This document shows positions 62,348 through 64,000 of a DNA stretch of 64,000 nucleotides, one piece after another. The notes beneath the pieces were generated by a model. It made no database searches. It was given only the letters and a program-made list of their open reading frames with translations, and was not told where the DNA came from. The stretch is taken from the NCBI RefSeq assembly GCF_009914755.1, contig NC_060933.1, one strand, 5' to 3'. The position numbers and the translations under genes were made by a program. The stretch comes from the human T2T-CHM13v2.0 reference genome, Homo sapiens. The first letter of the stretch is position 1. The number at the start of each line of letters is the position of its first letter.

Positions 62348-62652
62348 GCCGATGGGAAAATCTAACTCAGCAGGAAAGCTATCACAGAGCGCTGGATTTA
62401 GGCACAATGAGTAAACAGGGATTTGGAAGAGAGGAATGCACCACATAAACAATTTTCACAATCTGGTATGAAAGCCCAGATGCTTCCTGCATGAAGGGGT
62501 GAACTCAGAGAGCGTCACAGGGCAAAATGAAGTAAATGCTGAGACTGTCCATCATTCTGGCCCAATTCCTACATATCTGTGCATCTTCTACTTATGGTTT
62601 TATTTAGGTGAGAATAAATAAGAGTACCTCATAGTAGATAAGAATAGTACAT

Positions 62653-62687
62653 TACACACGCGCGCACGCACACACACACACACACAC
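62653..62687 (+). repeat. Mixed (CA)/(CG) alternating purine-pyrimidine tract
   Basis: tacacacgcgcgcacgcacacacacacacacacac. Confidence 0.92.
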
Positions 62688-62949
62688 CTGGGGTTAGATG
62701 AAATTGTATATTTGGGGAACTTGGGGTAAAGAGTACAGAGCCACACAGCAGTTACCTTCTGCATCCTCCTGCTTCAGAGAAAGCAAATAAGACCAGTTTC
62801 TTTTTAATCTGTTGTTTTTACTAAGTCCAGGATTGATGTTAATTTGAATTTGTTCTTTTAAGATTCATTTTTGACTGAAAGAACTGAGCCGGAAGGTCTG
62901 CTTGAGGCTACTTCCAGTTGAGAAACAATTTATGTGTTCATTGAGACAG

Positions 62950-63970
62950 TCATTTACTCAACCAACACTTACTGAGAACTTTCAATGAGGCAGGTTCCTT
63001 GCTAGATACAGGCCAGCTAGATGCTAGAAGCCATCATCAAAGGAAGATGAAAAAGTGATGGTAATTATCCTCTAGAGGTTTGTAAACTGGAGTTAGGGAA
63101 GGGAGCCCAAAATCCATGAATGAGTGATTAAAATACAGTGGGATAAAGTTGGTGGTAGAAATATGTCCATGAGATATGGCAGCAAAGAAGAAGAGCACCT
63201 TCATGGGAAAAGTCCAAAGAAGACTTCCATAAAGAGATGATACCTGAGCAGATGCTTTAAAAATGAGTAGTAATTACCCATGGGAAGGGGAAGAGAGAGA
63301 ACAAGGGCAATCCAGGCAGAGGGGTGGTATGAGCAAAGGCATTGAGCCAAACAAGGAAATCTTCATTTCTGCAGGTAAATGAGAGGCTGGGAGTGTGTCA
63401 TATCCATGAGCTTTAGCAGAGAGCCCATGAGGGGTTTTCAGCAGGGGAGTGCTATTGTGGTGTGTCTAGGCACATTCTGGATTTTAGGGTGATGGGGCTG
63501 CATAGAAGCAGAGAGATTGGTTAGAAGGTTGTTGCAGGCATTTAGGAGAGAGCCTATACTAGGGCTGAAGAGAAGCAGCTATGAAAAGAGATTTGTGGGG
63601 CAAATTGGCTTGGTGGCTAATAAGACACTTAGTTGACCTGGTGACTAATAAGATACATGTACGTGATGATAGTAAGCGAGGGTCAAGCCAGAGGTGAAGA
63701 CAACATCTAGGTTTCCCTCCTAAGTAGAATGGATTAACGGTGGTACCAGCATCTGAGCTAGAGAATAGGGAGGAGCAGCTCTATGGAGAAAGATGAGTTT
63801 GGTCCTGTATATGTTGTGTATGTGGACCATCCGGGTGGAGACATTCAAAATACAATTGTACATAAAGGCTGGAGTTCAGGAGAGATGCTGAAGATATAGT
63901 TTGGATAGATTTAAGCATGTTCGGTAGGAATTAAAGCATGAGGCTGGACATGAGTAGCCAAGAATTAAAT
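62950..63970 (-). mobile_element. L2 LINE fragment
   Basis: 'catttactcaaccaacacttactgag...atccaggcagagggg...gagcaaaggc...gatgagtttgg...ggctggagttcaggagaga'. Confidence 0.75.
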
Positions 63971-64000
63971 GTTAATCAATAAGAACAATAAAACAAATAA

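Overview
This is primate (almost certainly human) genomic DNA lying entirely inside the paralemmin-2 / PALM2-AKAP2 gene, transcribed on the + strand (9q31.3 from memory). Only two coding exons are supportable: 20985-21065 ([27 protein letters not shown]) and 34050-34180 ([44 protein letters not shown]). They join in frame through canonical AG/GT sites. The start exon lies upstream of the window and the next exon downstream. The rest is intron densely filled with repeats: about 25 Alu/FLAM copies (many with readable target-site duplications), L1 3' fragments, L2, MIR, MLT1/THE1 solo LTRs, MER5/MER20/MER58 and microsatellites. Nearly all ORF-track entries are spurious. I see no prokaryotic-type system, CRISPR array or new protein-coding gene. 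The best leads are RNA-level hypotheses: a ~95-nt near-perfect intronic hairpin (30775-30869), a cluster of splicing motifs and a cryptic AG around the 81-nt exon, an antisense Alu carrying both splice sites for a poison exon, and inverted Alus bracketing the two exons. Repeat subfamily calls and old-repeat boundaries were made by eye and are approximate.
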